From Ktedonobacterales bacterium (lineage in GTDB: Bacteria; Chloroflexota; Ktedonobacteria; Ktedonobacterales; JADMIN01), in assembly GCA_036378295.1 (NCBI GenBank), contig DASUWS010000203.1, positions 27,217 to 91,216 on the forward strand: DNA of 64,000 nucleotides, read 5' to 3'. Shown here piece by piece: positions 27,308 to 37,381 of the stretch (the stretch's first letter is position 1; every line of letters begins with the position of its first letter). The notes below the pieces were generated by a model. That model saw only the letters and a program-made list of their open reading frames with translations, had not been told where the DNA came from and searched no databases. The position numbers were made by a program, and so were the translations under genes.

Positions 27308-27784
27308 GTGAATCGTACACTGCGCATGCTCGCTATCATTGCCCTCGCCTGTCTTGGCCTCTTCTTTCTCCTGTCCCAGGTCCCGTTCTACAGGGGAACC
27401 CAAATCGCAACATCTTCAGACGGTGGAGACCTGATCCTTCCAGTGCTGCCCGCATTGCTGGTAAATCTTGTCGGGCAGACCATTTTCGCCTTCTGCCTCG
27501 GCGTCGGTGTGGCTGCGCTCGTTGCCTGTGTCCAACGGCGGCAGTGGAGGTGGGTCGTGGGACTGGTAGCGCTGCTTCTCGTGGCCGCCAATGGGTCTTA
27601 TCTCATCCTTGAGCTTGCGCCGCTCCTTGGTGGACGGTTCCTGGTGTACTCGTTCGCGCCCTTTGTGGCCCTGGTTCCCGAAGCGCTCCCCCCACTCGCT
27701 GTCATAGCCTATACCCTGTCCCCTCTCGGCGACTTCCCCGGCCAATTCAGCCCGTCTCCATCAGCGACAGAAAACGTGGTGTGA
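27308..27784 (+). CDS. hypothetical 4-TM membrane protein
   Basis: GTG start 7 nt after GGAGGGAG. It has four hydrophobic segments and matches no family. Confidence 0.5.
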   Translation: MNRTLRMLAIIALACLGLFFLLSQVPFYRGTQIATSSDGGDLILPVLPALLVNLVGQTIFAFCLGVGVAALVACVQRRQWRWVVGLVALLLVAANGSYLILELAPLLGGRFLVYSFAPFVALVPEALPPLAVIAYTLSPLGDFPGQFSPSPSATENVV

Positions 27785-27927
27785 TATCTGCGTGAATGGC
27801 GGCAGCCCGGCCGGTGGGAGAGCATCCCTCCCCGCGACTTGACGCCGTAGCCTTGTGGGCAATACCATACCGGATGGCGCAAAACAGAACGGGGCGCGTG
27901 AATCAGTCACCCAGGCGGGAGCAACGC

Positions 27928-28362
27928 ATGGCAAAACATGGGGCACGAGGCAGCCGGAACGCGCGAGATACCCGGCGGCGCGACGCCCGTTATGGCCGGA
28001 ACGCTCCGCCCGGCCCCAACCCGCAAGATCAGAGCTTTACCTGTGGCCACTGCCAGCGTTTTGTCGGGCCGCTCCCCAGCGGCGGGCATCACCGCAACCA
28101 TTGCCCCTACTGCCTCTACTCGCGCCATGTCGACGCGGTGAAGTCTGGCGACCGGCTGAGCGGCTGCGGTGGCATAATGGCGCCCATCGGTGCGTTCCAG
28201 CGGCCCAATGGCGAGCATGTCATCGTCCATCGCTGCGAGCGCTGTGGCTTCGAGCGCTTCAATCGCATCCAGGCAGACGACGATTTCGATCTCGTGCTCT
28301 CGCTGCCCGTCGTCCCGCCACGCTCGGCAAAACCGCCGACCAACGAGACGCCCGCCGAATGA
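27928..28362 (+). CDS. RNHCP domain-containing zinc-binding protein
   Basis: FTCGHCQRF..GGHHRNHCPYCLYSRHVD..HRCERCGFERFNRIQADDD contains the eponymous RNHCP motif plus CxxC pairs. The N-terminus is basic. Confidence 0.7.
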   Translation: MAKHGARGSRNARDTRRRDARYGRNAPPGPNPQDQSFTCGHCQRFVGPLPSGGHHRNHCPYCLYSRHVDAVKSGDRLSGCGGIMAPIGAFQRPNGEHVIVHRCERCGFERFNRIQADDDFDLVLSLPVVPPRSAKPPTNETPAE

Positions 28363-28389
28363 ACAACTGAACAGACAGGAGAAGGCATC

Positions 28390-29286
28390 GTGACCGACGC
28401 GATATCCGCCACGGCAGGGACCGGAGGCTTTCTGGAGAAGGTGCGACGCCGCTGGCACGATGGGCGAACGTTGCTCTGTATCGGGCTGGACCTGGAGCTG
28501 GATAGGCTGCCGGAAGCACACAAAGGTAGCGGTAGCAGCGGCGGCGATGTCGAGACAGCGTTTTTCGCTTTCAATGCCGCCATCATAGATGCCACCGCCG
28601 ATCTCGTCTGTGCTTACAAGCCGAACGCCGCCTTCTATGAGCGCCATGGCGCCGCGGGCTGGAATGCGCTCGCCCGCACCATCGCCTACATCCACAGCCG
28701 CTACCCGGATATACCTGTGCTGCTGGACGCCAAGCGCGGCGATATCGGCAGCACCGCCGAGGCTTATGCCGCTGCGATCTTCGATACGCTGGGCGCCGAT
28801 GCCGTCACGCTGCATCCTTACCTTGGCGGCGACGCGCTGCAGCCGTTCCTGAAGCGGGCCGACCGGGGCTGCTTCATCCTCGTCCACACGTCGAATCCCG
28901 GCGCGGACGAGTTCCAGCATCTCACGGTACACGCGAGCGGGGAAGTGATGGCGCAGCCGCTCTACATAGCGGTGGCGCGGACCGTGGCACACGACTGGAA
29001 TACCAATGGCAACTGCGGACTGGTGGTTGGCGCGACCTATCCGGAGCAGATTCGGATGGTGCGCCAGGCGGTGGGCGATCTGCCGCTGCTGATACCGGGC
29101 ATCGGCGCGCAGGGCGGCGATCTCGCCGCGTCGGTCACTGGCGGGTTGGACAACCAGGGCGCTGGCCTGCTCCTCAGCGCGTCGCGCAGCGTCATCTACG
29201 CGTCGGGTGGCGCGGACTTCGCCGAGGTGGCCCGGGGCGAGGCCCAGCGATTGCGCGAGGCTATTGAGGGGTTACGAAGGCAGTGA
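28390..29286 (+). CDS. pyrF: orotidine 5'-phosphate decarboxylase (type 2)
   Basis: LCIGLDLE, LLDAKRGDIGSTAEAYA, GADAVTLHPYLG, IPGIGAQGGD. GTG start. Confidence 0.9.
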   Translation: MTDAISATAGTGGFLEKVRRRWHDGRTLLCIGLDLELDRLPEAHKGSGSSGGDVETAFFAFNAAIIDATADLVCAYKPNAAFYERHGAAGWNALARTIAYIHSRYPDIPVLLDAKRGDIGSTAEAYAAAIFDTLGADAVTLHPYLGGDALQPFLKRADRGCFILVHTSNPGADEFQHLTVHASGEVMAQPLYIAVARTVAHDWNTNGNCGLVVGATYPEQIRMVRQAVGDLPLLIPGIGAQGGDLAASVTGGLDNQGAGLLLSASRSVIYASGGADFAEVARGEAQRLREAIEGLRRQ

Positions 29287-29493
29287 GGATGAGGCTAGAG
29301 ATAATGAGACCTCCGCGGCACGCATACCGCCGCTCATCCCGATCGTTCAGCAATCACTCCAATGGCGAGCAGATACGGTGCAGGCAGGATTGGCCGCGGG
29401 TCTTCAGTCTGCGGCGGGGGAACTCTTGCACCCAACCATCCATGTCGATGAACAGAGTCGACGGCAACAAGATAGATGAATGGGGTACACCAG

Positions 29494-30144
29494 ATGAGCG
29501 ATGAAATGACAATGACCGCGACACAGCGGGCGTTTGCCGATGCGCTGCTGGAATGCGGCGCGGTGAAGTTCGGCGCGTTCCGTCTGAAGCTGCACGAGCG
29601 CGAGCCGGATGCGCCGCTCTCGCCCATTTATGTGGATTTGCGTGTGCTGCGCTCCTGGCCCGACGCCATGGATAGAGCCGTCGCCGTCCTCAAGGAGATG
29701 ATCGACGCGAAGCAGCTCGCATTCACTCGCTACGCCGACATTCCCATGGCCGCGACGCCGCTGGTCGCCATCCTGATGTACCAGACGCGCGTTCCGATGA
29801 TTACGCCGCGTGAGGCCAAGACGCATGGCATCGCGGGTACGATCAACGGCGACTTCTCGCTGGGCGAGACGGTGCTGGTCATCGACGATCTGGTGACGCA
29901 CGCCGATAGCAAGCTCGAAGCAATCCGCGTGCTCGAAGCCAATGGCCTGAACGTGCGGGATGTCGCCGTGCTGATTGACCGCGAGCAGGGCGCCCCAGAG
30001 CAACTTGCCGCCGCTGGATACACGCTGCACGCCGCGCTCAAACTCAGCCAGCTTCTGGCATACTGGCGCGATTCCAGCGCGATTGACGAGGCCACCTTCG
30101 AGCGCGTGCGCGCCTATCAGGCCGCGAATCAGGCAAAATCGTGA
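29494..30144 (+). CDS. pyrE: orotate phosphoribosyltransferase
   Basis: [21 protein letters not shown] and the PRPP loop [14 protein letters not shown]. The start is uncertain (ATGs at 29476, 29494, 29506). Confidence 0.85.
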   Translation: MSDEMTMTATQRAFADALLECGAVKFGAFRLKLHEREPDAPLSPIYVDLRVLRSWPDAMDRAVAVLKEMIDAKQLAFTRYADIPMAATPLVAILMYQTRVPMITPREAKTHGIAGTINGDFSLGETVLVIDDLVTHADSKLEAIRVLEANGLNVRDVAVLIDREQGAPEQLAAAGYTLHAALKLSQLLAYWRDSSAIDEATFERVRAYQAANQAKS

Positions 30145-31247
30145 TCTACCGCCGCCTGCTGCGCCCCATCCTCTTCAACGTCGCCGGACGCGATGCCGAG
30201 GCCATCCATGAGCGGGTGCTGGGGATGCTGGCGCGCGTCTCAGCCTCGCCTGCGATGACGCGGGCGCTCGCACGGTTCGCGGCAATGGCCTGGCCCGGCG
30301 ACCTGGGGCGCGAGCGCGAGGTCTTTGGCCTGCGCTTCCCCCATCCCATCGGGCTGGCGGCTGGCTTCGACAAGAACGCGCGCGCTGTTCCAGCGCTGGC
30401 GGCGCTCGGCTTCGGCTTCGTCGAGATCGGCACCATTACCCGCTTCGCGCAGCCGGGCAATCCACGCCCGCGCCTCTTTCGCATCACCAGCGATCAGGCG
30501 CTCATCAATCGCATGGGCTTCAACAATGACGGCGCGGATGTCATCGCCAAACGGCTCGCCCAACTGCCCAGTGCATCTGTGCCGCTGGGCGTCAGTCTGG
30601 GCAAATCAAAGGCGACGCCGCTCGAAGATGCTGTCAGCGATTATCTGGCCTCGCTCGAACGGCTCTATCTCTGGGCCGATTACTTCGCCGTCAACGTCAG
30701 CTCGCCCAACACGCCGGGACTCCGCGCCCTCCAGGAACGCGACCGGTTAGATACCCTGTTGGCGGCGCTCCAGGCGCGGTTGCGCGAACGCGCGGAGGCG
30801 GATGGCGAGCGCCCGAAGCCACTGCTGGTGAAGGTTGCCCCAGATCTGGACGAGGCAGCGCTGGATGAGGTGGTTGAGGTATGTCTGGCGCGCGGAGCCA
30901 GCGGCCTGATCGCGGTCAACACTACCACCAGCCGCGATGGCCTGAGCGCCGCCGTCCCCGCTGCTCTGCGCGATGAGCCAGGGGGACTGAGCGGGCGCCC
31001 ATTACATGCCCGCGCCGTCGCGGTGGTGCGTACGCTGGCGCATCGGAGCGAGGGTCGCCTGCCGATCATTGGCTGCGGCGGCATTTTCACCGTGGACGAC
31101 GCGCAGCGGATGCTCGATGTGGGCGCGTCTCTGCTCCAGCTCTATACGAGCTTCATCTACGAAGGTCCGGGCATCGCCCGCCGCCTGGCGCACCTGCTGG
31201 CGCAGCGCGAGGCGCGTACACAATCGCTACCACTCGGCGATGCCTGA
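30141..31247 (+). CDS. pyrD: dihydroorotate dehydrogenase (quinone), class 2
   Basis: [50 protein letters not shown]. The GTG overlaps the pyrE stop (GTGA). Confidence 0.9.
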   Translation: MIYRRLLRPILFNVAGRDAEAIHERVLGMLARVSASPAMTRALARFAAMAWPGDLGREREVFGLRFPHPIGLAAGFDKNARAVPALAALGFGFVEIGTITRFAQPGNPRPRLFRITSDQALINRMGFNNDGADVIAKRLAQLPSASVPLGVSLGKSKATPLEDAVSDYLASLERLYLWADYFAVNVSSPNTPGLRALQERDRLDTLLAALQARLRERAEADGERPKPLLVKVAPDLDEAALDEVVEVCLARGASGLIAVNTTTSRDGLSAAVPAALRDEPGGLSGRPLHARAVAVVRTLAHRSEGRLPIIGCGGIFTVDDAQRMLDVGASLLQLYTSFIYEGPGIARRLAHLLAQREARTQSLPLGDA

Positions 31248-31285
31248 CATTCCCCCAAAGGCACATGGGGTACACCTTCGCTGAT

Positions 31286-32848
31286 CTAGCTCTTGTCCTC
31301 ATGGTGGGACGCGCGACGGGCAAGCGCATTGGTGATAGCGGCAAACTCATCCCATGGGGTCTCGACAGTCCCATATGCCATCGAGCGCTCGTGCGCTTTC
31401 CCGCAGCAAATAACGAGATCACCCGGACGCGCCAGCTCTATGGCGGTATCAATGGCCTCCTGCCTGTCTGGAACGCGGAAGAAATCAGCACCTTCCTGTT
31501 TGCCGTTGGCGGTCATTCCAGATGCGATCTCTTCGATAATTGCGTTGACATCTTCAGTCCTTGGATCTTCCGCCGTCAGAATGGCAAGATCAGCCGCGCA
31601 AGCAACTTCACCCATAAGGCGGCGCTTCTGAACATCACGCAGACCGGCTGAGCCGAATACGAGAATGACTCGCCCCGCTGAGTGGAGCAACGCCCGAGCC
31701 GTCACGATGACCTGCGCAAGCGAGTTCGGGGTATGCGCAAAATCGACCGCTACATCGAACTGCCCCTGGTGGACATATTCCATTCGGCCCTTGACCCGAT
31801 GGACTGACTGCAATCCGCGCACAATATCTTCCAGTTGTGCCCCTAGCGCAATGCCAGCTCCGGCGGCTGCCAGGGCATTAGCGACATTGAACGTACCGAT
31901 TTGCGCGAGTTGAACGTCCGTCTCTCCCAGGGGGGTACTCAGATGGAAATGCGTCCCCTCATGACTCACACGAATCTCGCTGGCTGTGACCATGGCTTCT
32001 CCATCTGAGCCAGCGGCATACGTAATCGTCTGGTCTGCTGCGATTTCCCGCAGAAACGGGTACGACCGATCTTCGCTATTGAGGATGCTGCTCTTGGGAA
32101 TCCCTGGCTTGCGCTGAGACGTGCTGAGGGATTGGAACAAGCGAGCTTTCGCCTGCATATAACGCTCCCAGGTTCCATGCCAGTCCAGATGCTCATGGGT
32201 AATGTTGGTGACAACGGCAACATCGTAGTCGATGTAGGCGACGCGCTCCTGATCCAGCGCGTGGGAGGTCGTCTCCAGCACGACCGCCTGGCATCCTGCC
32301 TGTTCCATCCGCGCAAGATACCCTTGAAGGTCGAACGCTTCAGGGGTTGTCGTGTGGAAACCCGTGTCGAGCGCTTCGTTGCCGATATATGCCGCAATAG
32401 TAGAGATCAACCCGGTTTGCAGGCCGTGAGCGGAGAGAATGCCATGGATGTAGGTGGATGTTGTGGTCTTGCCATCCGTTCCCGTGACCCCTACGACGGT
32501 CATACGATGGGTGGGGAAGTTGTAAAACGCTGAGGATAGTAAGGCAAAAGCGCGGCGACCGTCCTGGACCTGCCAATAGGGTACGGGCGATCCAGCAAGC
32601 GCAGGGAGTTCCGCTCGGGGCAGTTCCCCGACGATAGCGACTGTCCCGGCGCTCAAAGCATTGGCGATGTAGCGATGTCCGTCAGTGCCTTGTCCCTTGC
32701 GCGCGACGAAGATGCTGCCGCTCTGCACCTGGCGCGAGTCTTCGGCGATACTGGTGATTCGCGTTTCTTCAGAGAGAGGCGCATCCGTCGATAAATCTCC
32801 CCATGCCTTCGGGAGCCGTAGCAATAACGTACGCAGCAAGAGTGCCAT
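31286..32848 (-). CDS. murE: UDP-N-acetylmuramoyl-L-alanyl-D-glutamate--2,6-diaminopimelate (or L-lysine) ligase
   Basis: DSRQVQSGSIFVARKGQGTDGH, P-loop VGVTGTDGKTTT, DRQEAIDTAIELARPGDLVICCGKAHE. Confidence 0.85.
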   Translation of the reverse strand: MALLLRTLLLRLPKAWGDLSTDAPLSEETRITSIAEDSRQVQSGSIFVARKGQGTDGHRYIANALSAGTVAIVGELPRAELPALAGSPVPYWQVQDGRRAFALLSSAFYNFPTHRMTVVGVTGTDGKTTTSTYIHGILSAHGLQTGLISTIAAYIGNEALDTGFHTTTPEAFDLQGYLARMEQAGCQAVVLETTSHALDQERVAYIDYDVAVVTNITHEHLDWHGTWERYMQAKARLFQSLSTSQRKPGIPKSSILNSEDRSYPFLREIAADQTITYAAGSDGEAMVTASEIRVSHEGTHFHLSTPLGETDVQLAQIGTFNVANALAAAGAGIALGAQLEDIVRGLQSVHRVKGRMEYVHQGQFDVAVDFAHTPNSLAQVIVTARALLHSAGRVILVFGSAGLRDVQKRRLMGEVACAADLAILTAEDPRTEDVNAIIEEIASGMTANGKQEGADFFRVPDRQEAIDTAIELARPGDLVICCGKAHERSMAYGTVETPWDEFAAITNALARRASHHEDKS

Positions 32849-32899
32849 CTAACAGACCCGCTTCCATCTGAACGTACCCAACACAACACCAGTTACACC

Positions 32900-33739
32900 T
32901 TATACGAGACCCAACACGACCGCGAAACGTCCAGTATGCCCACCTTCCATCCTATGTGAGAAAAACAGATCCGTCCGGGATCCTGGGCAAAGGTCACTTA
33001 CGGTGATGTGCTGGTCTGGAATCCCCAGCTCTACCAGTTGAGCATGATTGGATGCCGCAAGATCCAGACGTAGCGACTCGCGCTCGATACCACTCTCCTC
33101 TTGAACGTTCACCGTGAGAAAGCGAGCGGTCTTACGGACGAAGGCATTGGCCTCGAATGCCTGGCGAACAGGCGCGTCTACTTCATAGCAGCAGGGGCCG
33201 ATACTCGGCGCGATAGCTGCCAGAAGATCAGACGGTTTCGTGGCGTAACGTTCCCGCATCATTTCAAGCGTATTGCGCACAATGGCACCTTGCGTTCCAC
33301 GCCAACCAGCGTGGGTCAGGCCAATAGCCCGGTGAACGGGATCAACGAGCATGACAACCGCGCAATCAGCGACGGCCCAGAACAAGCCAATACCGCGCAC
33401 TTGCGTGATAAACGCGTCGCATCCCTCAGGCAGGATATTCGCGGCTGGCGCGCGCCAATCAATGTCCTGCGCCGTCACTTCGCGCACGGAGCTGCCCTGT
33501 AATGGTCGTGTTCCCACGAGCACGGGTTGGCCAGGGAGAGTGGCACGTATCCGCCGATAGTTTTCGGCACGCGCCGCGGGATCATCCTGCGTGGTGGGTC
33601 CAGCATTCAACGTATGATACGGTGCGGAACTGACTCCGCCATAGCGTCCGAAGACGCCATGCGTCACCAGGTCGCTACGCATCCGCAGCGATTCAAACTG
33701 AAACCAGGTAATCTGCTCATTCTGATGCTGGATCATCAC
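32900..33739 (-). CDS. pgeF: peptidoglycan editing factor / polyphenol oxidase-like (YfiH, DUF152)
   Basis: DAFITQVRGIGLFWAVADCAVVMLVDPVHRAIGLTHAGWRGT..GPCCYEV..DLCPG..FFSHR. Confidence 0.85.
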   Translation of the reverse strand: MMIQHQNEQITWFQFESLRMRSDLVTHGVFGRYGGVSSAPYHTLNAGPTTQDDPAARAENYRRIRATLPGQPVLVGTRPLQGSSVREVTAQDIDWRAPAANILPEGCDAFITQVRGIGLFWAVADCAVVMLVDPVHRAIGLTHAGWRGTQGAIVRNTLEMMRERYATKPSDLLAAIAPSIGPCCYEVDAPVRQAFEANAFVRKTARFLTVNVQEESGIERESLRLDLAASNHAQLVELGIPDQHITVSDLCPGSRTDLFFSHRMEGGHTGRFAVVLGLV

Positions 33740-33750
33740 GGATATGCTTT

Positions 33751-34089
33751 CTAGGCGATGCCAAAATCATCTATGGCGCGATTCAGTCCCAATCTACCAT
33801 AGATTGTCCTTGCTTCTGCCAGGGCCGAAGCGCCACGAAGGGAGCCCGAGTCTGCTCGCAAGAGAAAAGCGCCCATGGCAACGAGCGCATCAGTGCGCCG
33901 CAATGGCCACTCACTCTTCTCTACCAGGGCAAGACTCTGTTCCAAGAGTTCTTTGGCACGTGCACTATCCTGCCCTTTTTCGGCACAGAGCGCAAGCCCC
34001 CGCAGAGCTTGAATCTGCTCTAGTAGATACTCACTCTGCATGGCGAAGCGCAGCGTCGTGGCAAAGCACGTGCGAGAGCGACGACCCAA
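33751..34089 (-). CDS. hypothetical helical (TPR-like) protein
   Basis: The ORF ends 11 bp before pgeF. The start is unclear (TTG 34089 or ATG 34041). No family recognised. Confidence 0.35.
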   Translation of the reverse strand: MGRRSRTCFATTLRFAMQSEYLLEQIQALRGLALCAEKGQDSARAKELLEQSLALVEKSEWPLRRTDALVAMGAFLLRADSGSLRGASALAEARTIYGRLGLNRAIDDFGIA

Positions 34090-34232
34090 GAGGTGTAGCC
34101 AGTTGCGGGTTTTTGGCGGAGGGTGTTAAAATAACATAGATGGTGTCTCGTATGACTTCCAGGGTTTGCGAGACGCTCGCAAGAGAGACAGAACGGAACG
34201 GTACGATTCGCAGCGAGAAGCGAGGGCGGCGC

Positions 34233-34475
34233 GTGGGCTTTTTCACACCATATCTTGCGGTTATTCAAATCGTCCAGATCATTCTCGGCGTTGCCCTGAC
34301 TATCGCGATTCTGCTCCAGGCACGCGGCGCCGGGCTTGGCAGCGTCTTTGGCGGCACTGGTACCGTCTTCAAGACCCGGCGTGGTATTGATCGGTTGCTT
34401 TTCCGCATGACCATCACCTTCGCCGTGCTCTTCTGTCTGGTATCTGCCCTGGGAGCGGCTGTCCCAGCAAAGTAG
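34233..34475 (+). CDS. secG: preprotein translocase subunit SecG
   Basis: LAVIQIVQIILGVALTIAILLQARGAGLGSVFGG..RRGIDRLLFRMTITFAVLF is the SecG pattern. The GTG start behind GAGGGCGG is tentative. Confidence 0.7.
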   Translation: MGFFTPYLAVIQIVQIILGVALTIAILLQARGAGLGSVFGGTGTVFKTRRGIDRLLFRMTITFAVLFCLVSALGAAVPAK

Positions 34476-34629
34476 CTGCCCTTGCCCGGCACGTCTGGCC
34501 CGCACTCGCTGCGGCGGACGGCTGGTCGCACCTGAACAACCATTCGGCGGCCAATGGCGCCGCTGGCGACGCGCACTCGGCAATGGTGCTGGAGGAGTCC
34601 GCGTAGTACGTCAAAAGCCGAGCAACGAA

Positions 34630-34660
34630 GCCCGACTTCTGCGGAAGGTCGGGCATTTTT
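34630..34660 (+). terminator. rho-independent terminator about 155 nt downstream of secG
   Basis: Stem GCCCGAC / GTCGGGC with an 11-nt loop, followed by ATTTTTA. Confidence 0.65.
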
Positions 34661-34731
34661 ATGCGCGATGACGCATGCCTTGCTCTGCTGCTGTGCTCAT
34701 GGGTCGGGGTGGCTTCCCTGCATGAGCCAGT

Positions 34732-34980
34732 TCATGTTGCTTTCTCGAAGTACTCGGCGTTGATTCGCGTAAACTCGCGCCACTCGGCAGGCACTGCGCC
34801 CTCCTCGAAGATGGCGTCCACCGGGCAGGCTGGTTCGCACGCGCCGCAATCGATACATTCCGACGGATCAATATAATACTGCTCGTCTTCCTCCCGCGCG
34901 TGAATGCAGTCCACCGGACAGACGTCCACACACGATGCGTCCTTCACGCCGATGCAGGGCTGGCAGATCACATAGGTCAT
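34732..34980 (-). CDS. ferredoxin (7Fe-type, 3Fe-4S plus 4Fe-4S)
   Basis: MTYVICQPCIGVKDASCVDVCPVDCI...CIDCGACEPACPVDAI. Confidence 0.85.
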   Translation of the reverse strand: MTYVICQPCIGVKDASCVDVCPVDCIHAREEDEQYYIDPSECIDCGACEPACPVDAIFEEGAVPAEWREFTRINAEYFEKAT

Positions 34981-35262
34981 GTTGCGATGATTTCCTCTCT
35001 CAGGAAATGGTATGCGCGACATTTCGCGCTGTCCCTGGCGCACCATAGTATACCGCTCATGCCAGCGAACGTCACGCCGCATCAGCATCAGGGGAACATC
35101 AGGGACGCCGGGAGATAAGCACGGCCACAACAGAGCTTATAGCAGGCAACTGAGGCGCATGCACGCGCTTCAAAATAAACGCGGCGGCACAACGTCGCAC
35201 GGTACAGCGTCCATGCGGGCGCACATCCTGCCCAGCCGGGCAGGGAGGAGACAGGGGAAACG

Positions 35263-36300
35263 ATGGCCATAGGGAATGTCACACTGGCCGGACTGGACCG
35301 GGAGCAACTGCTCCACATGCATTATCAGATGGTCCTCCTCCGGCGTTTCGAGGAGAAAGCCGCCGAGGAATATACCCTTGGCAAAATCGGGGGCTTCCTG
35401 CACCTCTACATTGGACAGGAGGCAAGCGGCGTCGGCGCGATCAGCGCATTGCGACCGACCGATTACGTGGCCAGTAGCTACCGCGAGCATGGGCATGCCA
35501 TCCTCAAGGGCGTCGATCCCAAACAGGTGATGGCCGAGCTCTTTGGCAAGGTGACTGGATGCAGCAAGGGCCGTGGCGGCTCGATGCACATGTACAGCAA
35601 CGAACACCGTCTCATCGGTGGCCAGGCCATCGTCGGCGCGCAGCTCCCTATTGGCACGGGCCTTGGCTTCGCCTGTCAGTATCAGAATACGACAGACATC
35701 GTGGCCGTCATGTTTGGCGATGGCGCGGTGGACGAGGGCGCGTTCCACGAGTCGCTCAATCTGGCGAGCCTCTGGAAGCTGCCGGTGGTCTTTTATTGCG
35801 AGAACAACCAGTACTCGATGGGTATGGCCGTTACCAAAGCCTGGGCCGTCTCCTCGCTGGAGCCGCGCGCAGCCGCCTATGGTGTGGCGTACGAGCATGT
35901 CGACGGCATGGATCTGCTGGCCGTGCGCGAGACGATGTTGCGCGCAGCAGAGCGGGCACGCAAAGGCGAAGGCCCGACGCTCATCGAATCCGTCACCTAT
36001 CGCTTCCGTGGCCACTCAATGACAGACCCTGCCTATTATCGCACCCGCGATGAGGAGGCCCGCTGGCGTTCCACACGCGACCCCATCGCGCTCTTTGAGG
36101 AGAAGCTCAAAGAAAATCATCTGATCACCGACGACGAGATTGGCGCTACCAATGAGCGGGTTGATGCCGAGGTCGAGGAGATCGCGCGGTTCGCGGACGA
36201 AAGCCCCTTCCCGGGTGCCGACGATCTGTACGAAGACGTGCTCGTGGATGGCACGGGCGCAATCGCCTGGCGCAATAAGCCCAGCACCCCACGCGACTAG
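35263..36300 (+). CDS. pdhA: pyruvate dehydrogenase E1 component alpha subunit
   Basis: YREHGHA and the TPP motif GDGAVDEGAFHESLNLASLWKLPVVFYCENNQY. First gene of an E1alpha-E1beta-E2 operon. Confidence 0.9.
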   Translation: MAIGNVTLAGLDREQLLHMHYQMVLLRRFEEKAAEEYTLGKIGGFLHLYIGQEASGVGAISALRPTDYVASSYREHGHAILKGVDPKQVMAELFGKVTGCSKGRGGSMHMYSNEHRLIGGQAIVGAQLPIGTGLGFACQYQNTTDIVAVMFGDGAVDEGAFHESLNLASLWKLPVVFYCENNQYSMGMAVTKAWAVSSLEPRAAAYGVAYEHVDGMDLLAVRETMLRAAERARKGEGPTLIESVTYRFRGHSMTDPAYYRTRDEEARWRSTRDPIALFEEKLKENHLITDDEIGATNERVDAEVEEIARFADESPFPGADDLYEDVLVDGTGAIAWRNKPSTPRD

Positions 36301-36341
36301 CGGCTGGCATCGCACGACAGACCTGAAGCGTGAGAGACCAG

Positions 36342-36366
36342 AGATAGAGAAGATAGAGATAGAAGA
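36342..36366. repeat. purine-rich imperfect tandem repeat (AGATAGAGA AGATAGAG ATAGAAGA) in the pdhA-pdhB spacer
   Basis: Read directly from the DNA. It ends 2 nt before the pdhB ATG. Confidence 0.75.
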
Positions 36367-36368
36367 CG

Positions 36369-37367
36369 ATGCGAACGATTACCTACCGTGACGCGCTGCG
36401 CGAAGCCTTGCGCGAGGAGATGGCGCGTGATGAGCGGGTCTATATCCTGGGAGAGGATATCGCCGGATACGGCGGCACGTATGCCGTCACCAAGGGACTC
36501 TTCGAGGAGTTTGGCGAGAAGCGCGTCAAAGATACGCCTCTGGCGGAAGAGGTCATCATCGGCACAGCCATCGGCTCCGCGCTCGGAGGATTGCGGCCCG
36601 TCGCCGAGCTGATGACGATGAACTTCAGCCTGCTCGCCAGCGACCTGATCATCAATAGCGCCGCCAAGTTCCGCTATATGTTTGGCGGCCAGCCAAGCAT
36701 CCCGATGGTCATCCGTATGCCGGGCGGCGGCGGCGCACAACGCGGCGCCCAGCACTCGCAGTTCCTTGAGACGATGTATGCTCACATTCCCGGCCTCAAA
36801 GTGGTGATGCCCGCGACGCCCTACGACGCGAAGGGCATGCTCAAAGCGGCCATCCGCGACGACGACCCGATTCTTTTCGTCGAGCATGAGCTACTCTACA
36901 ACCTCAAGGGCGAGGTACCTGACGAGGGTGAGGAGTATACCGTGCCGCTCAATCGCGGTATCGTGCGCCGTGAGGGCAAAGATGTCACCCTGCTGACGTA
37001 CTCGCGCATGGTGCATATCTGCTTGCAGGCAGCGGAAGATCTGGCGAAAGAGGGCATCGAGGCCGAGGTGATCGACCTGCGCTCGATTCGTCCCATTGAT
37101 CTGGACCTCGTGCTCGACTCCCTGCGCAAGACGAACCGCGTCGTGGTTGCCGAGGAGGGCTGGAAGTATTACGGGACCGGGCAGGGTGTCATCGCGCTAA
37201 TCTACGAGCATGGCTTCGACTGGCTCGACGCGCCGATTGGCCATGTGACGGGCAAGGACGTGCCGATGCCCTATAGCAAGCCGCTTGAGAAGCTTGCTCT
37301 GCCCTCCCGTGATGATGTGATCGCTGCCGTCAAGGCCATCGTACCGCAGCCAGCGGGCGCACGATAG
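36369..37367 (+). CDS. pdhB: pyruvate dehydrogenase E1 component beta subunit
   Basis: Transketolase-like pyrimidine-binding domain (VKDTPLAEEVIIGTAIGSALGGLRPV) and a C-terminal domain. Confidence 0.9.
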   Translation: MRTITYRDALREALREEMARDERVYILGEDIAGYGGTYAVTKGLFEEFGEKRVKDTPLAEEVIIGTAIGSALGGLRPVAELMTMNFSLLASDLIINSAAKFRYMFGGQPSIPMVIRMPGGGGAQRGAQHSQFLETMYAHIPGLKVVMPATPYDAKGMLKAAIRDDDPILFVEHELLYNLKGEVPDEGEEYTVPLNRGIVRREGKDVTLLTYSRMVHICLQAAEDLAKEGIEAEVIDLRSIRPIDLDLVLDSLRKTNRVVVAEEGWKYYGTGQGVIALIYEHGFDWLDAPIGHVTGKDVPMPYSKPLEKLALPSRDDVIAAVKAIVPQPAGAR

Positions 37368-37381
37368 GAGGGATCGCCGAT

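Noticed and set aside
27907-28992. 361-aa minus-strand ORF
   Set aside because: It spans the RNHCP gene and pyrF on the opposite strand. Both plus-strand genes have strong family signatures and this ORF has none.
29287-29493. PyrR-type attenuator between pyrF and pyrE
   Set aside because: No ARUCCAGAGAGGYU-like binding loop or terminator/antiterminator pair could be recognised.
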